From Candidatus Poseidoniaceae archaeon (GTDB lineage Archaea > Thermoplasmatota > Poseidoniia > Poseidoniales > Poseidoniaceae): a stretch of 47,898 nt of DNA. The position numbers and the translations under genes are program-made. The stretch covers positions 1 to 47,898 of the forward strand of contig JAKMGM010000007.1 in NCBI GenBank assembly GCA_022424925.1, written 5' to 3'. Positions within the stretch are counted from its first letter, which is position 1. Each line of letters begins with the position of its first letter. Of the stretch, positions 35,244 through 43,437 are shown piece after piece. The notes beneath the pieces are model-generated. The model was not told the origin of the DNA. It worked only from the letters and a program-made list of their open reading frames with translations, and made no database searches.

Positions 35244-35875
35244 TCTTGGATGTCACCGTGACGCAAGGCTCGAATCATATCTATTCTGCCGATGAGCCCA
35301 ACCAATTCTCCGCGTTGGCTCACAAGTAAAATTTCTGATTCGTCGAGCAATCTTCGCGCTTCACCAATTGAGTTATCGACGTCTATGAGCGTGAAATCAA
35401 CACGCATAACCGCCTCGACAAGGGCGGCTTTCGCTACATTTTCTTTGAGCAGACTGGACTCCGATACCAAGCCTACGACCGAACCGTCGGTATTGAGCAC
35501 CGGGAGGTGACTAATTCCACCTAACACCATCTTGTCAATCGCCGATTGAACGGTATCGTTTTGCACCAATGTCGTGATTTCACTCACCATGATATCACCG
35601 ACGGTATGCGCAAGGTCTGGACTTTCTTCACGTTTCAGAGCGCGAACCATTTTCCTAAGCGTCGATGCGCGAGGGTCAACGACTTCGTTTTCGACCTTGG
35701 CGATAACCGATTGAGTGAGTCCAGACCTGTCGGCTAACATCGTCTGCGTTAATCCCAATGATTTGCGCCACTGACGCAGATACCCACCGGTCGGGATTTC
35801 CATATTCTTGCCCCGAGCGTTCAAGGACAAGAGTCCACCGGTCGGCGGCTTAATTGAATACATTCTTGCAACCAT
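35240..35875 (-). CDS. Transcriptional regulator, XRE-type HTH plus tandem CBS domains
   Basis: The HTH is LRQWRKSLGLTQTMLADRSGLTQSVIAKVENE, followed by two CBS-like modules (VGDIMVSEITTL...GISHLPVL; VEAVMRVDFTLID...ILLVSQRGELVGLIGRIDMIRAL). An internal ATG at 35803 is an alternative start. Confidence 0.8.
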   Translation of the reverse strand: MVARMYSIKPPTGGLLSLNARGKNMEIPTGGYLRQWRKSLGLTQTMLADRSGLTQSVIAKVENEVVDPRASTLRKMVRALKREESPDLAHTVGDIMVSEITTLVQNDTVQSAIDKMVLGGISHLPVLNTDGSVVGLVSESSLLKENVAKAALVEAVMRVDFTLIDVDNSIGEARRLLDESEILLVSQRGELVGLIGRIDMIRALRHGDIQD

Positions 35876-36029
35876 TTCACGGCTTGTTCAATTGCCAATC
35901 GAACTGTTCTTTCGGCAAACATTTGAACAGCGAGCGACGCGCTATGATGCAGTATTATTGAGCAAATGAAAGAATAATGCCTACTTAGTGAATCATTTAC
36001 TAAAAAAAAAGTAGTATTTAGTGGGCGTA

Positions 36030-36055
36030 TGGTTGATATACCGTCTCTTCAACCA
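36030..36055 (+). promoter_or_regulatory. Inverted repeat TGGTTGA-N12-TCAACCA spanning a TATA-like ATATA, 15-40 nt upstream of the glutamine synthetase ATG
   Basis: The 7-bp arms at 36030..36036 and 36049..36055 were read directly. It lies in the 194-nt divergent gap shared with the HTH-CBS regulator. Confidence 0.3.
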
Positions 36056-36069
36056 TCGCTGCGAGACCT

Positions 36070-37083
36070 ATGATGGATAAAGCAAAACTCGAATACATTT
36101 GGCTTGACGGATACAACCCTACACAGAACATGCGCAGTAAAACCCTCGTGAAGAAAGATTTCACCGGTACACTTGAAGAATGCCCTATGTGGAACTTCGA
36201 TGGTTCTTCTACCAAGCAAGCGGAAGGAAACTCGTCAGATTGCCTTCTCAAGCCTGTTGCCATCTATCCAGACCCACAACGGTTCAACGGATTCCTTGTC
36301 ATGTGCGAAGTTTTGAACGCTGATGGAACTCCACACGCCAGCAATGGTCGTGCCACCATTGAGGATGATGATGAGGATTTTTGGTTTGGATTTGAGCAAG
36401 AATATTTCATCATGGATACCGAAACTCAACTTCCTTTGGGCTTCCCAGTTGGTGGATTCCCAGGCCCTCAAGGCATGTACTACTGTTCGGTTGGAGGCAA
36501 GAATACTCACGGCCGTTCCCTTGTCGAGGAGCACGCTGATTTGTGCCTTGATGCAGGCATTAACTTCGAAGGTATCAACCAAGAAGTCGCCTGCGGCCAA
36601 TGGGAGTTCCAAATTTTCGCTAAGGGCGCCAAGAAAGCTGGAGACGAACTGTGGGTCGCAAGGTATCTCCTAGATCGCCTAACAGAAAGCTATGGTTGCT
36701 ACATTGAGTACCACCCGAAACCAGTCAAGGGCGACTGGAACGGCTCAGGAATGCACGCTAATTTCTCGGACAGCCGAATGCGCGAGCAGGGTGGAGAAGA
36801 AATGTTCACTAAGATTTGTGAAGAATTTGGTAAGAACGTCAAGAAGCACATGGAAGTTTATGGAGAATTCAACGAACAGCGCTTAACCGGCCTTCACGAA
36901 ACACAATCGATTGACCAATTTTCGTACGGTGTTTCTGATCGCGGCGCATCTATTCGTATCCCAGTAACCATTCCAGAAGACGGTTGGATTGGTCGATTGG
37001 AGGACCGTCGACCTGCTTCGAACGGCGACCCTTACAAGATTGGTGCGGTGATTATTTCAACCACCAAAGCGTCTTACAACTGA
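36070..37083 (+). CDS. glnA: Glutamine synthetase, type II (short, eukaryote-like form)
   Basis: LEYIWLDGYNPTQNMRSKT, PMWNFDGSSTKQAEGNSSDCLLKPV, FGFEQEYF and GSGMHANFS follow the GSII pattern. At 337 aa it is far shorter than GSI (~450-470). Confidence 0.9.
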   Translation: MMDKAKLEYIWLDGYNPTQNMRSKTLVKKDFTGTLEECPMWNFDGSSTKQAEGNSSDCLLKPVAIYPDPQRFNGFLVMCEVLNADGTPHASNGRATIEDDDEDFWFGFEQEYFIMDTETQLPLGFPVGGFPGPQGMYYCSVGGKNTHGRSLVEEHADLCLDAGINFEGINQEVACGQWEFQIFAKGAKKAGDELWVARYLLDRLTESYGCYIEYHPKPVKGDWNGSGMHANFSDSRMREQGGEEMFTKICEEFGKNVKKHMEVYGEFNEQRLTGLHETQSIDQFSYGVSDRGASIRIPVTIPEDGWIGRLEDRRPASNGDPYKIGAVIISTTKASYN

Positions 37084-37358
37084 TGCTCGGCTTCGTGTTT
37101 ACGGACTCGATAAACGCCAATCATGACTGCGCCGATAACGGCTAATGTCATGATGTTCGCAACGATCATTGCGAACGATTCGACCAGCACACCGTAGAGT
37201 AGCCATAGCCCTAAGGCGAACGAAACAACGCCGAATGTGGCCAGTGAAATCCCGTCATGGCGTTTGTGAACCCAAACTTGAATGATTTGGGGAATCCAAG
37301 CAAAGATACCTATGACGCCAGCAAGTAGCCCAATTGCTTCAATCCACGCCTCGGCCAT
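37074..37358 (-). CDS. SemiSWEET / PQ-loop three-helix transporter
   Basis: MAEAWIEAIGLLAGVIGIFAWIPQIIQVWVHKRHDGISLATFGVVSFALGLWLLYGVL...ANIMTL aligns position by position with bacterial SemiSWEETs (IG..A....A..PQ.I.V.......ISL......L.LWL.YG.L). The start was set at the ATG at 37358; 37385 is an alternative. Confidence 0.75.
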   Translation of the reverse strand: MAEAWIEAIGLLAGVIGIFAWIPQIIQVWVHKRHDGISLATFGVVSFALGLWLLYGVLVESFAMIVANIMTLAVIGAVMIGVYRVRKHEAEHQL

Positions 37359-37399
37359 AGACACTGCCGTAGAAACAACCCTCATCAAACCTCGTAACG

Positions 37400-38326
37400 C
37401 TATCTGATGTTCTTTGCCCAATCTGCAGGTGGTTTTGAGATGTTGAGGCTGTGGATGCTGGCCCAATCCACTTTACGGGGGGATTTCTCTCCAACAACGT
37501 GCATTTCAAGCGATAGGCCATAAGGGATTTTGGCAACGATATTTTTCCCACCCGTCTTGATGGTGACTTCGCTCGGATTGTTTGAAAACAAAGAAAAAAG
37601 GGAACGCTTGTGAACAGTCAGGGCTTCGACTTTTTCTGTTCGGGTAGCAAACCAAGAGCGTAATTTTTCATTAAGGCCCAATGCGAAAACATCGCCTTTC
37701 AGCATCAGTCCACCGTGCAAATGAACTTCGTCCCAAGTGTTGAATCCCTCCAAAGTTTCGACAAGGTCTGGGTTTATCTCACCGGGCGAGGTTGATTCAA
37801 GCATGCTGATGAATCCAGCCTCATCAACCATTTTCGCTGCCAGTGTATCGGGTATTTTAGGCCAGTCAAGCCGCTGATGGGTCATAGCAACGATGACATC
37901 GACTTCGAGTGCTTCTTCGGTGTGCGGTTCAGCTAGTTTGCCGACTCGCTCACGATGCAATTCGGAAAGGATGCGTGATTTGCGAGCGATTCGATCCGCT
38001 ACCCCATCATGGTTGTGTTGAGTGCCGTTGTTTCGATTTTGAACAAAATGGTGCTCTTTCGTGATGATAAATGAACCCGCCCAATGCTTTTGTTCAACGA
38101 CTAACATGGTGTTTCCTCCAACAACGACCATGTCGATTTCACGTCGACCTCCGTCGGGGTCCGGTATTCGTACCGACTCGAAAATTTCCCAGCCGTTGTC
38201 TCGTCCAGCCGCCCTCGATAATTTACAGAGCCGCATTTCAGCGAGCTCACCCGCACGATGAATGTCGTCTGGCGGATGCTTCATTCGTCGTGAACGCCAC
38301 CAGTTCCACCGTACTTTGAACGACAT
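37400..38326 (-). CDS. NERD (nuclease-related) domain protein with uncharacterised C-terminal half
   Basis: GELAEMRLCKL...WEIFESVRIPD...REIDMVVVGGNTMLVVEQKHWAGS fits the NERD core (E..v...L....v...v.....EIDhvvv...gi.viE.K.w.G). The track start is TTG at 38338; the ATG at 38326 was preferred. Confidence 0.65.
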   Translation of the reverse strand: MSFKVRWNWWRSRRMKHPPDDIHRAGELAEMRLCKLSRAAGRDNGWEIFESVRIPDPDGGRREIDMVVVGGNTMLVVEQKHWAGSFIITKEHHFVQNRNNGTQHNHDGVADRIARKSRILSELHRERVGKLAEPHTEEALEVDVIVAMTHQRLDWPKIPDTLAAKMVDEAGFISMLESTSPGEINPDLVETLEGFNTWDEVHLHGGLMLKGDVFALGLNEKLRSWFATRTEKVEALTVHKRSLFSLFSNNPSEVTIKTGGKNIVAKIPYGLSLEMHVVGEKSPRKVDWASIHSLNISKPPADWAKNIR

Positions 38327-38334
38327 AGAACACC

Positions 38335-39123
38335 TCAACGTAACAGTTCATCCACACTACCGACAATAACTGTCGGCTGCTGTTCTGCATCTTCACCCAG
38401 TGCTTCAACATCCGACATCGTTGCTTCTCCTGAAAGCACCAAGACACCGACACAACCTGCACGACTCGCCATAGCCAAATCCGTGTACAAGCGGTCACCT
38501 ACCATTGCGCAGCGCGCAGGGTCAAGCCCTAACGCTTCGATTTTGTGCAGTATCATGCCAGCGTTTGGTTTTCCGCTGATGTGTTCGGGGTCAACCCCAG
38601 TTGTTGTTTTGAGCATAGCGAGATAGGCACCAACATCTGGTAGGCCTCCATCTGGTGACGGACATACCATATCAGGATGGCTCGCTACGAGCGGCACGCC
38701 TGCATGCATGAAGATACTGGCTTGGGCGATTTTATCGTATGTGATTTCGGTGTCATAACCAAGGACCACATATTCTGGTTGGCTGCTCTTGGTCTCGATA
38801 CCTTTCTCCTCGAGCATTTCCCTCATGCCCTCGGTACCAATGAGCCATGTCTTCGTGATGTTTTTTGATGCGAGCCATGAAAGTAAGTCATGGGTCGAGA
38901 GCAAAACATCCTCTTCAACTGCTGGAATCCCAAAAGCGTGTAGTTTTTTCACATATTGCTTAACCGAGCGGCTTGAATTGTTTGATAAGAAGTAGCGCTG
39001 CACCCCTTTTTCATCGCAACGTTTGAGGAAATCGAGTGCCCCATCAATCAATTCACCCCCAAGGTAAATCGTTCCGTCGAGGTCGAGGAAAACCGCATCG
39101 ATTTGTTCAAGTCGTGCATCCAT
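38335..39123 (-). CDS. HAD-superfamily hydrolase, subfamily IIA (NagD-like phosphatase)
   Basis: Motif I is FLDLDGTIY, the SNNS motif is present, motif III is GKPN and motif IV is VGDRLYTDL. Confidence 0.85.
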   Translation of the reverse strand: MDARLEQIDAVFLDLDGTIYLGGELIDGALDFLKRCDEKGVQRYFLSNNSSRSVKQYVKKLHAFGIPAVEEDVLLSTHDLLSWLASKNITKTWLIGTEGMREMLEEKGIETKSSQPEYVVLGYDTEITYDKIAQASIFMHAGVPLVASHPDMVCPSPDGGLPDVGAYLAMLKTTTGVDPEHISGKPNAGMILHKIEALGLDPARCAMVGDRLYTDLAMASRAGCVGVLVLSGEATMSDVEALGEDAEQQPTVIVGSVDELLR

Positions 39124-39132
39124 CGTATCATC

Positions 39133-40530
39133 CTAAAACAGTAGCGTCTTCATCATAAACCATGGCGAGTGCAGGTTTTCTTGCGCTTCTTTACTGGCGA
39201 TCATTTCTGTCATCATCTCTTGCAGGGCCGGTTTCTTCTCTGCTTTTCCAACAAACCAGTTGAGTAGCCAAGAACGTCGGCTCAATTTCTGCATTCGATA
39301 TGAGTTGATGAGTTCGGGGCCGAGAACGCTCCAAACTTCTTCTTGGTATTCAAGAGGAGATAATTTTTCTTGAATGTGTCGTGCAGCAATTTCGCCCGTA
39401 ACCAGTGCGTTTCCAACGCCTTCGCCCGAGAACGGGTCAACCAGTGAAGCCGCATCGCCCACCAGTCGAATGCCGTTCATGCTTGAACGACGTGGTTGTT
39501 TGTCTGCCTTCTTACGTGGAGAGCCAAAAGGAAGTTGCCAACCTTTGGCTGAGCCAGGAACCAGTTCTGCTTCAGCAAATCTGTCTTTGAACATTGGATG
39601 ATTCGCTATAACATCCGCTTGGAGTGCTTTGAGTTTCTTTTTTTGTTTATCCAGTAAACCCATCACCATTCCAATGCCTACGTTGACAACGTTTTCAGAC
39701 ACAGGGAACAGCCAAAAGTAACCTGGTATAACCGAATCTACGAAGTGGATTTCAATATCGCCAACGCTGTGTTCACATCCTTTGACGTTTCTCCAGTATT
39801 CTCTGTAGCCACCGCAGTAGTGGTTACGATCCATCATTGGTTCATTGTATGAGGATTCGACGACTGAACGAGCCACAGGGCACCTGTAACCGCCAGCACC
39901 GACCAACTCGCGCGAATGGAATGTGAGTTCCTCGCCTTTCCGACCTCCAATTCGTACAACTAGTCCAGAAGCATGACGTGCATCACCACTGCCTTCTCCA
40001 GGGTCGTCGCCACCGTTTCCATCATCGAATAAGACCGAACGAACCTCTCCGCCTTGAATGACAGAACCCCCTGCATCGCGTACAAGTTTTTGACATCGGT
40101 TGAACAAAAGTGAATCAAATTGTTCACGCGGCAAGGCATAACCAGCTTCGAGTCGCTCCACATCTTCTTCAGGCAATGGAACCCTCACGGTATTTCCTTT
40201 TGGTGATGAGAAGACGATGCCGGTTACTCGAAAGTGAGGTGTCGATTCAAGGTCGGCTTTGACACCGAGTTCTTTGACGTGCGAGAGAGATTTGCCACCT
40301 ACCGCATCACCACAGACTTTGTCTCGGGGCCACACGTCTTTTTCGATGAGCAAAACGCGTTTGCCAGATTTAGCCAAATAGCCTGCTGCTGAAGCCCCAC
40401 CAGGGCCGCCACCAACGACAATTACATCGAATACTGTACCACTTTCTGGTACTTCCCCGGTTTCAATCGGTTGTTCCCACGAGCGTACATCCTGTACAGC
40501 CTGCCCCGTCATGGTGGGTACACAGCGCAT
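39133..40530 (-). CDS. Geranylgeranyl reductase family flavoprotein (digeranylgeranylglycerophospholipid reductase-like)
   Basis: FDVIVVGGGPGGASAAGYLA, KVCGDAV and RLVGDAASLVDPFSGEGVGNAL are present. A strong SD-like AAGGAGGGA lies directly upstream of the ATG. Confidence 0.88.
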   Translation of the reverse strand: MRCVPTMTGQAVQDVRSWEQPIETGEVPESGTVFDVIVVGGGPGGASAAGYLAKSGKRVLLIEKDVWPRDKVCGDAVGGKSLSHVKELGVKADLESTPHFRVTGIVFSSPKGNTVRVPLPEEDVERLEAGYALPREQFDSLLFNRCQKLVRDAGGSVIQGGEVRSVLFDDGNGGDDPGEGSGDARHASGLVVRIGGRKGEELTFHSRELVGAGGYRCPVARSVVESSYNEPMMDRNHYCGGYREYWRNVKGCEHSVGDIEIHFVDSVIPGYFWLFPVSENVVNVGIGMVMGLLDKQKKKLKALQADVIANHPMFKDRFAEAELVPGSAKGWQLPFGSPRKKADKQPRRSSMNGIRLVGDAASLVDPFSGEGVGNALVTGEIAARHIQEKLSPLEYQEEVWSVLGPELINSYRMQKLSRRSWLLNWFVGKAEKKPALQEMMTEMIASKEAQENLHSPWFMMKTLLF

Positions 40531-40616
40531 TCCCTCCTTGAGTCTTAGCGTTCAAGCGTTTGTAAATCATCCATCTCTACCGTTATGCTCATTCGGCGCT
40601 ACCGCTACCGCTGTGT

Positions 40617-41591
40617 ATGGAAGGGCAGGCAGAATCGCTGACGATTCAGTTTGATGCCGGCGCCATTTCTTTGCCGCAACGCCGTAAGGCGTTGGTTGCC
40701 CTTCTCGCTGTAACCTCGGTATGGGGTGCTACTTTTATTTGGATGAAACAGGCGCTCAATACCCTTGAACCGGAGATTCAATCACAAGGGCGTTTCCAAG
40801 TGATTGCCGTTCTAGTTGCAGCGCGGTTTATCGTAGCAGCACTCGTGATGTTTCTTGTTTTTTCTAAAGCTCGCGCAGCACTTCTTCAATCTGAACACTG
40901 GAAAGGCGGCTTCCTTCTTGGCAGCATCATGCTGGTAGGGTTCGTTACCCAGATGATTGGACTTGAAGAAATAAGTCCGTCTGTTTCTGCATTTCTAACC
41001 TCTTTGTACGTCGTCTTTACCGCTTTGATTACCGTTGGTTTAACCAAATCTAAACCTTCGAAATCCCTCATTGCAGGCGTACTTCTCGCTACATTTGGCG
41101 CTGGCTTCATTCAAGGCCCTCCACATTTAACGTGGGGAACTGGTGAAATTCTAACGGTGGTATGCGCAGTTTTTTTCGCCCTTCACATCATCTATACGCA
41201 GAAAGTCACACAACAAATCGACCCAATAGGCGTTACCCTCACTTCGTTTTTGGTCATCGCTGTTGGTTCACTGTTGTTGCTTGTTGTGTTTGGAGGCGGG
41301 CGAAGTTTGGAACAATGGCGTATGGTGTTCCAGGACGGCGTCTTCTTGCAGGTACTGTGTCTTGGGATAGGCGGATCATTCTTCTGTCTACTTGTGCTTA
41401 ACATGTATCAGCGGTATTTGAATCCCATCCAGGCGGCCATAATCTATGCACTTGAGCCAGTTTGGGCCACCGTTTACGGACTCAGCTTGGGTCTTGACGA
41501 ATGGACTGCTTGGATTCTTGTCGGTGGTGGAGCGCTTTTCGTAGGAAACATTGTCGTTGAAGTTTTCACAACTGCCGATAAGGAAGAGTAA
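40617..41591 (+). CDS. EamA/DMT-superfamily transporter
   Basis: It has about 10 TM segments arranged as two similar halves. The assignment rests on topology and size, since no sharp motif is present. Confidence 0.7.
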   Translation: MEGQAESLTIQFDAGAISLPQRRKALVALLAVTSVWGATFIWMKQALNTLEPEIQSQGRFQVIAVLVAARFIVAALVMFLVFSKARAALLQSEHWKGGFLLGSIMLVGFVTQMIGLEEISPSVSAFLTSLYVVFTALITVGLTKSKPSKSLIAGVLLATFGAGFIQGPPHLTWGTGEILTVVCAVFFALHIIYTQKVTQQIDPIGVTLTSFLVIAVGSLLLLVVFGGGRSLEQWRMVFQDGVFLQVLCLGIGGSFFCLLVLNMYQRYLNPIQAAIIYALEPVWATVYGLSLGLDEWTAWILVGGGALFVGNIVVEVFTTADKEE

Positions 41592-42812
41592 ATGAGAGGC
41601 AGTGATAGGCTCAACCTGAGGGGTACCATGACCGGCGACAAAAAGGACAGGCTCAATGGATTTGGAAGCAAAGCTGTTCACAGCGGAACCAATCATATTG
41701 GGGATGCAGTGAACACGCCAATTTTCCAATCTTCAACTTACAAATTGACGGATGAACGGTATGCTGGTTGGGCGGCAGGCGCTCAACACACACTCCTCTA
41801 TGCCCGTCTTTCTTCGGTTAACTCTGACGCGGTAGCCCAGAAACTCACTGCAATGGAAGGCGGCGAGGATGCCGAGGTTTTCGCATCAGGAATGGCCGCA
41901 ATTTCAACGACGCTCATGACGTTTCTTTCATCCGGCGACCACATTGTAGCATCGTCGGACGTGTACGGTGGCACCTACGGTTTGCTAACAGAAGAATTCC
42001 CTCGATTTGGTATTGAAGTGACCATGACCGATATGCGAGACCCTGCGGCGTATGAAGCCGCCATTCAACCGAACACAAAAATTCTCTACATTGAAACCCT
42101 CACCAATCCGGTTCTCAAGGTGTGCGATATTCCAGCGATGGTAGACGTTGCGCGCCGTCACAACCTCATGTGCATTATCGACAATACCTTCGCCTCACCT
42201 TGGGCGTGCCAACCGCTTTCGATGGGTGTGGATTTGGTGATTCATTCCACGACCAAATACCTCGGAGGCCATTCCGATATTATTGGTGGAGCCGTCGTTG
42301 GAAGCAGGGAGCATATCTCCGAAATCTTCGCACGCAAGGTACACTTTGGTGGCAGTGCTGATCCGCACAACTGCTATCTCCTTGAACGAGGTATGCGAAC
42401 ACTGCATGTTCGAATGCCAATGCTGAGTGAAAGTGCGCTTGAAATTTCCAAGCGACTCGAAAGCCATCCACGCATCGAGAAGGCGATTTATCCCGGTCTT
42501 GAGTCTCATGAAGACTACGAAGTAGCCCAGCGTGTCATGCCACGAGGTTCAGGCATGGTTGCTTTTGTCGTCAAAGGCGGCGATGATGCAGCCTTGAAAT
42601 TCATGCGTGGACTGGACATGATTTACGAAGCCACGAGTCTAGGCGGGGTTGAATCGCTCATTGAATGCCCGTTTAATTCGAGCCACATGATGATTCCAGA
42701 AGATGTTCGACACGCTGCAGGCCTCGTTCCAGGCTTCGTTCGCTTGAGCATTGGAATTGAAGATGTTGAAGATTTGTGGGACGACATTAACAACGCTCTT
42801 GCAAAACTTTGA
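41592..42812 (+). CDS. Cys/Met-metabolism PLP-dependent enzyme (cystathionine gamma-synthase / methionine gamma-lyase family)
   Basis: The PLP-lysine motif HSTTKYLGGHSD is present along with FASGMAAIS and YGGTY. The ATG abuts the preceding stop (TAAATG). Confidence 0.88.
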   Translation: MRGSDRLNLRGTMTGDKKDRLNGFGSKAVHSGTNHIGDAVNTPIFQSSTYKLTDERYAGWAAGAQHTLLYARLSSVNSDAVAQKLTAMEGGEDAEVFASGMAAISTTLMTFLSSGDHIVASSDVYGGTYGLLTEEFPRFGIEVTMTDMRDPAAYEAAIQPNTKILYIETLTNPVLKVCDIPAMVDVARRHNLMCIIDNTFASPWACQPLSMGVDLVIHSTTKYLGGHSDIIGGAVVGSREHISEIFARKVHFGGSADPHNCYLLERGMRTLHVRMPMLSESALEISKRLESHPRIEKAIYPGLESHEDYEVAQRVMPRGSGMVAFVVKGGDDAALKFMRGLDMIYEATSLGGVESLIECPFNSSHMMIPEDVRHAAGLVPGFVRLSIGIEDVEDLWDDINNALAKL

Positions 42813-42834
42813 ACCCGACAATGGCGGTAGACCA

Positions 42835-43437
42835 ATGGACCAAGGCGCTTTGATAGCACTGCTCGTCTTTCTCGTGCCAATGTGTTTCTCGCCAGGGCCC
42901 AACAATCTCTTGTGTGCTGCGCACGGGGCCCAACATGGTTTTCGCGCAACGATTCCACTCACACTCGGAATGCTGGTAGGCTGGTCCGTTCTCGGTGTAG
43001 CGGTTGGCTCTGCAGCTCTCACGATTGAATCCAATATTGAAGTGTTCGAAGCACTCACATATGCGGGTGCAGCATATATTGGATATCTCGGCATTACTTT
43101 GGCACGAAGTCCGGTCAAACAGGCTGGCACCGCCTCCGAAACCGAACATCTTGGCTTTTCTACAGGTGCGGCACTCCAACTTGTCAATGGAAAGGCGTGG
43201 GTACATTTCCTTGCGCTGATCGCAACATGGGGTACACTGTTTGGTACAGGCTTCATGAGCAAGGTTTTGCTCGTTGCAGTCAATGCACTTGCGGGCTATC
43301 CAGCCGTTTTGCTTTGGTCTCTTTTTGGCTCACGTTTGAGCCAGTTGATGACTTCACCAGCCCACGGAAAGCGGTTGAATGTTGCACTGGGGGCGTCGCT
43401 GGTTGCGGTTGCGGTATGGGTGGCAATGCCGCACTGA
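42835..43437 (+). CDS. LysE/RhtB-family amino-acid exporter
   Basis: The N-terminal FSPGPNN signature is present with about 6 TM segments. The track start at 42751 is a TTG inside the upstream gene; the ATG at 42835 was preferred. Confidence 0.8.
   Translation: MDQGALIALLVFLVPMCFSPGPNNLLCAAHGAQHGFRATIPLTLGMLVGWSVLGVAVGSAALTIESNIEVFEALTYAGAAYIGYLGITLARSPVKQAGTASETEHLGFSTGAALQLVNGKAWVHFLALIATWGTLFGTGFMSKVLLVAVNALAGYPAVLLWSLFGSRLSQLMTSPAHGKRLNVALGASLVAVAVWVAMPH

Noticed and set aside
35985-36020. A9 tract flanked by TACT/AGTA as a possible hairpin or terminator
   Set aside because: Only 4 bp of complementarity are present. It is more likely just AT-rich promoter DNA in the divergent gap.
42639-43283. 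214-aa and 139-aa minus-strand ORFs opposite the PLP enzyme and LysE genes
   Set aside because: They are antisense to two motif-supported genes, and no motif is recognisable in them.
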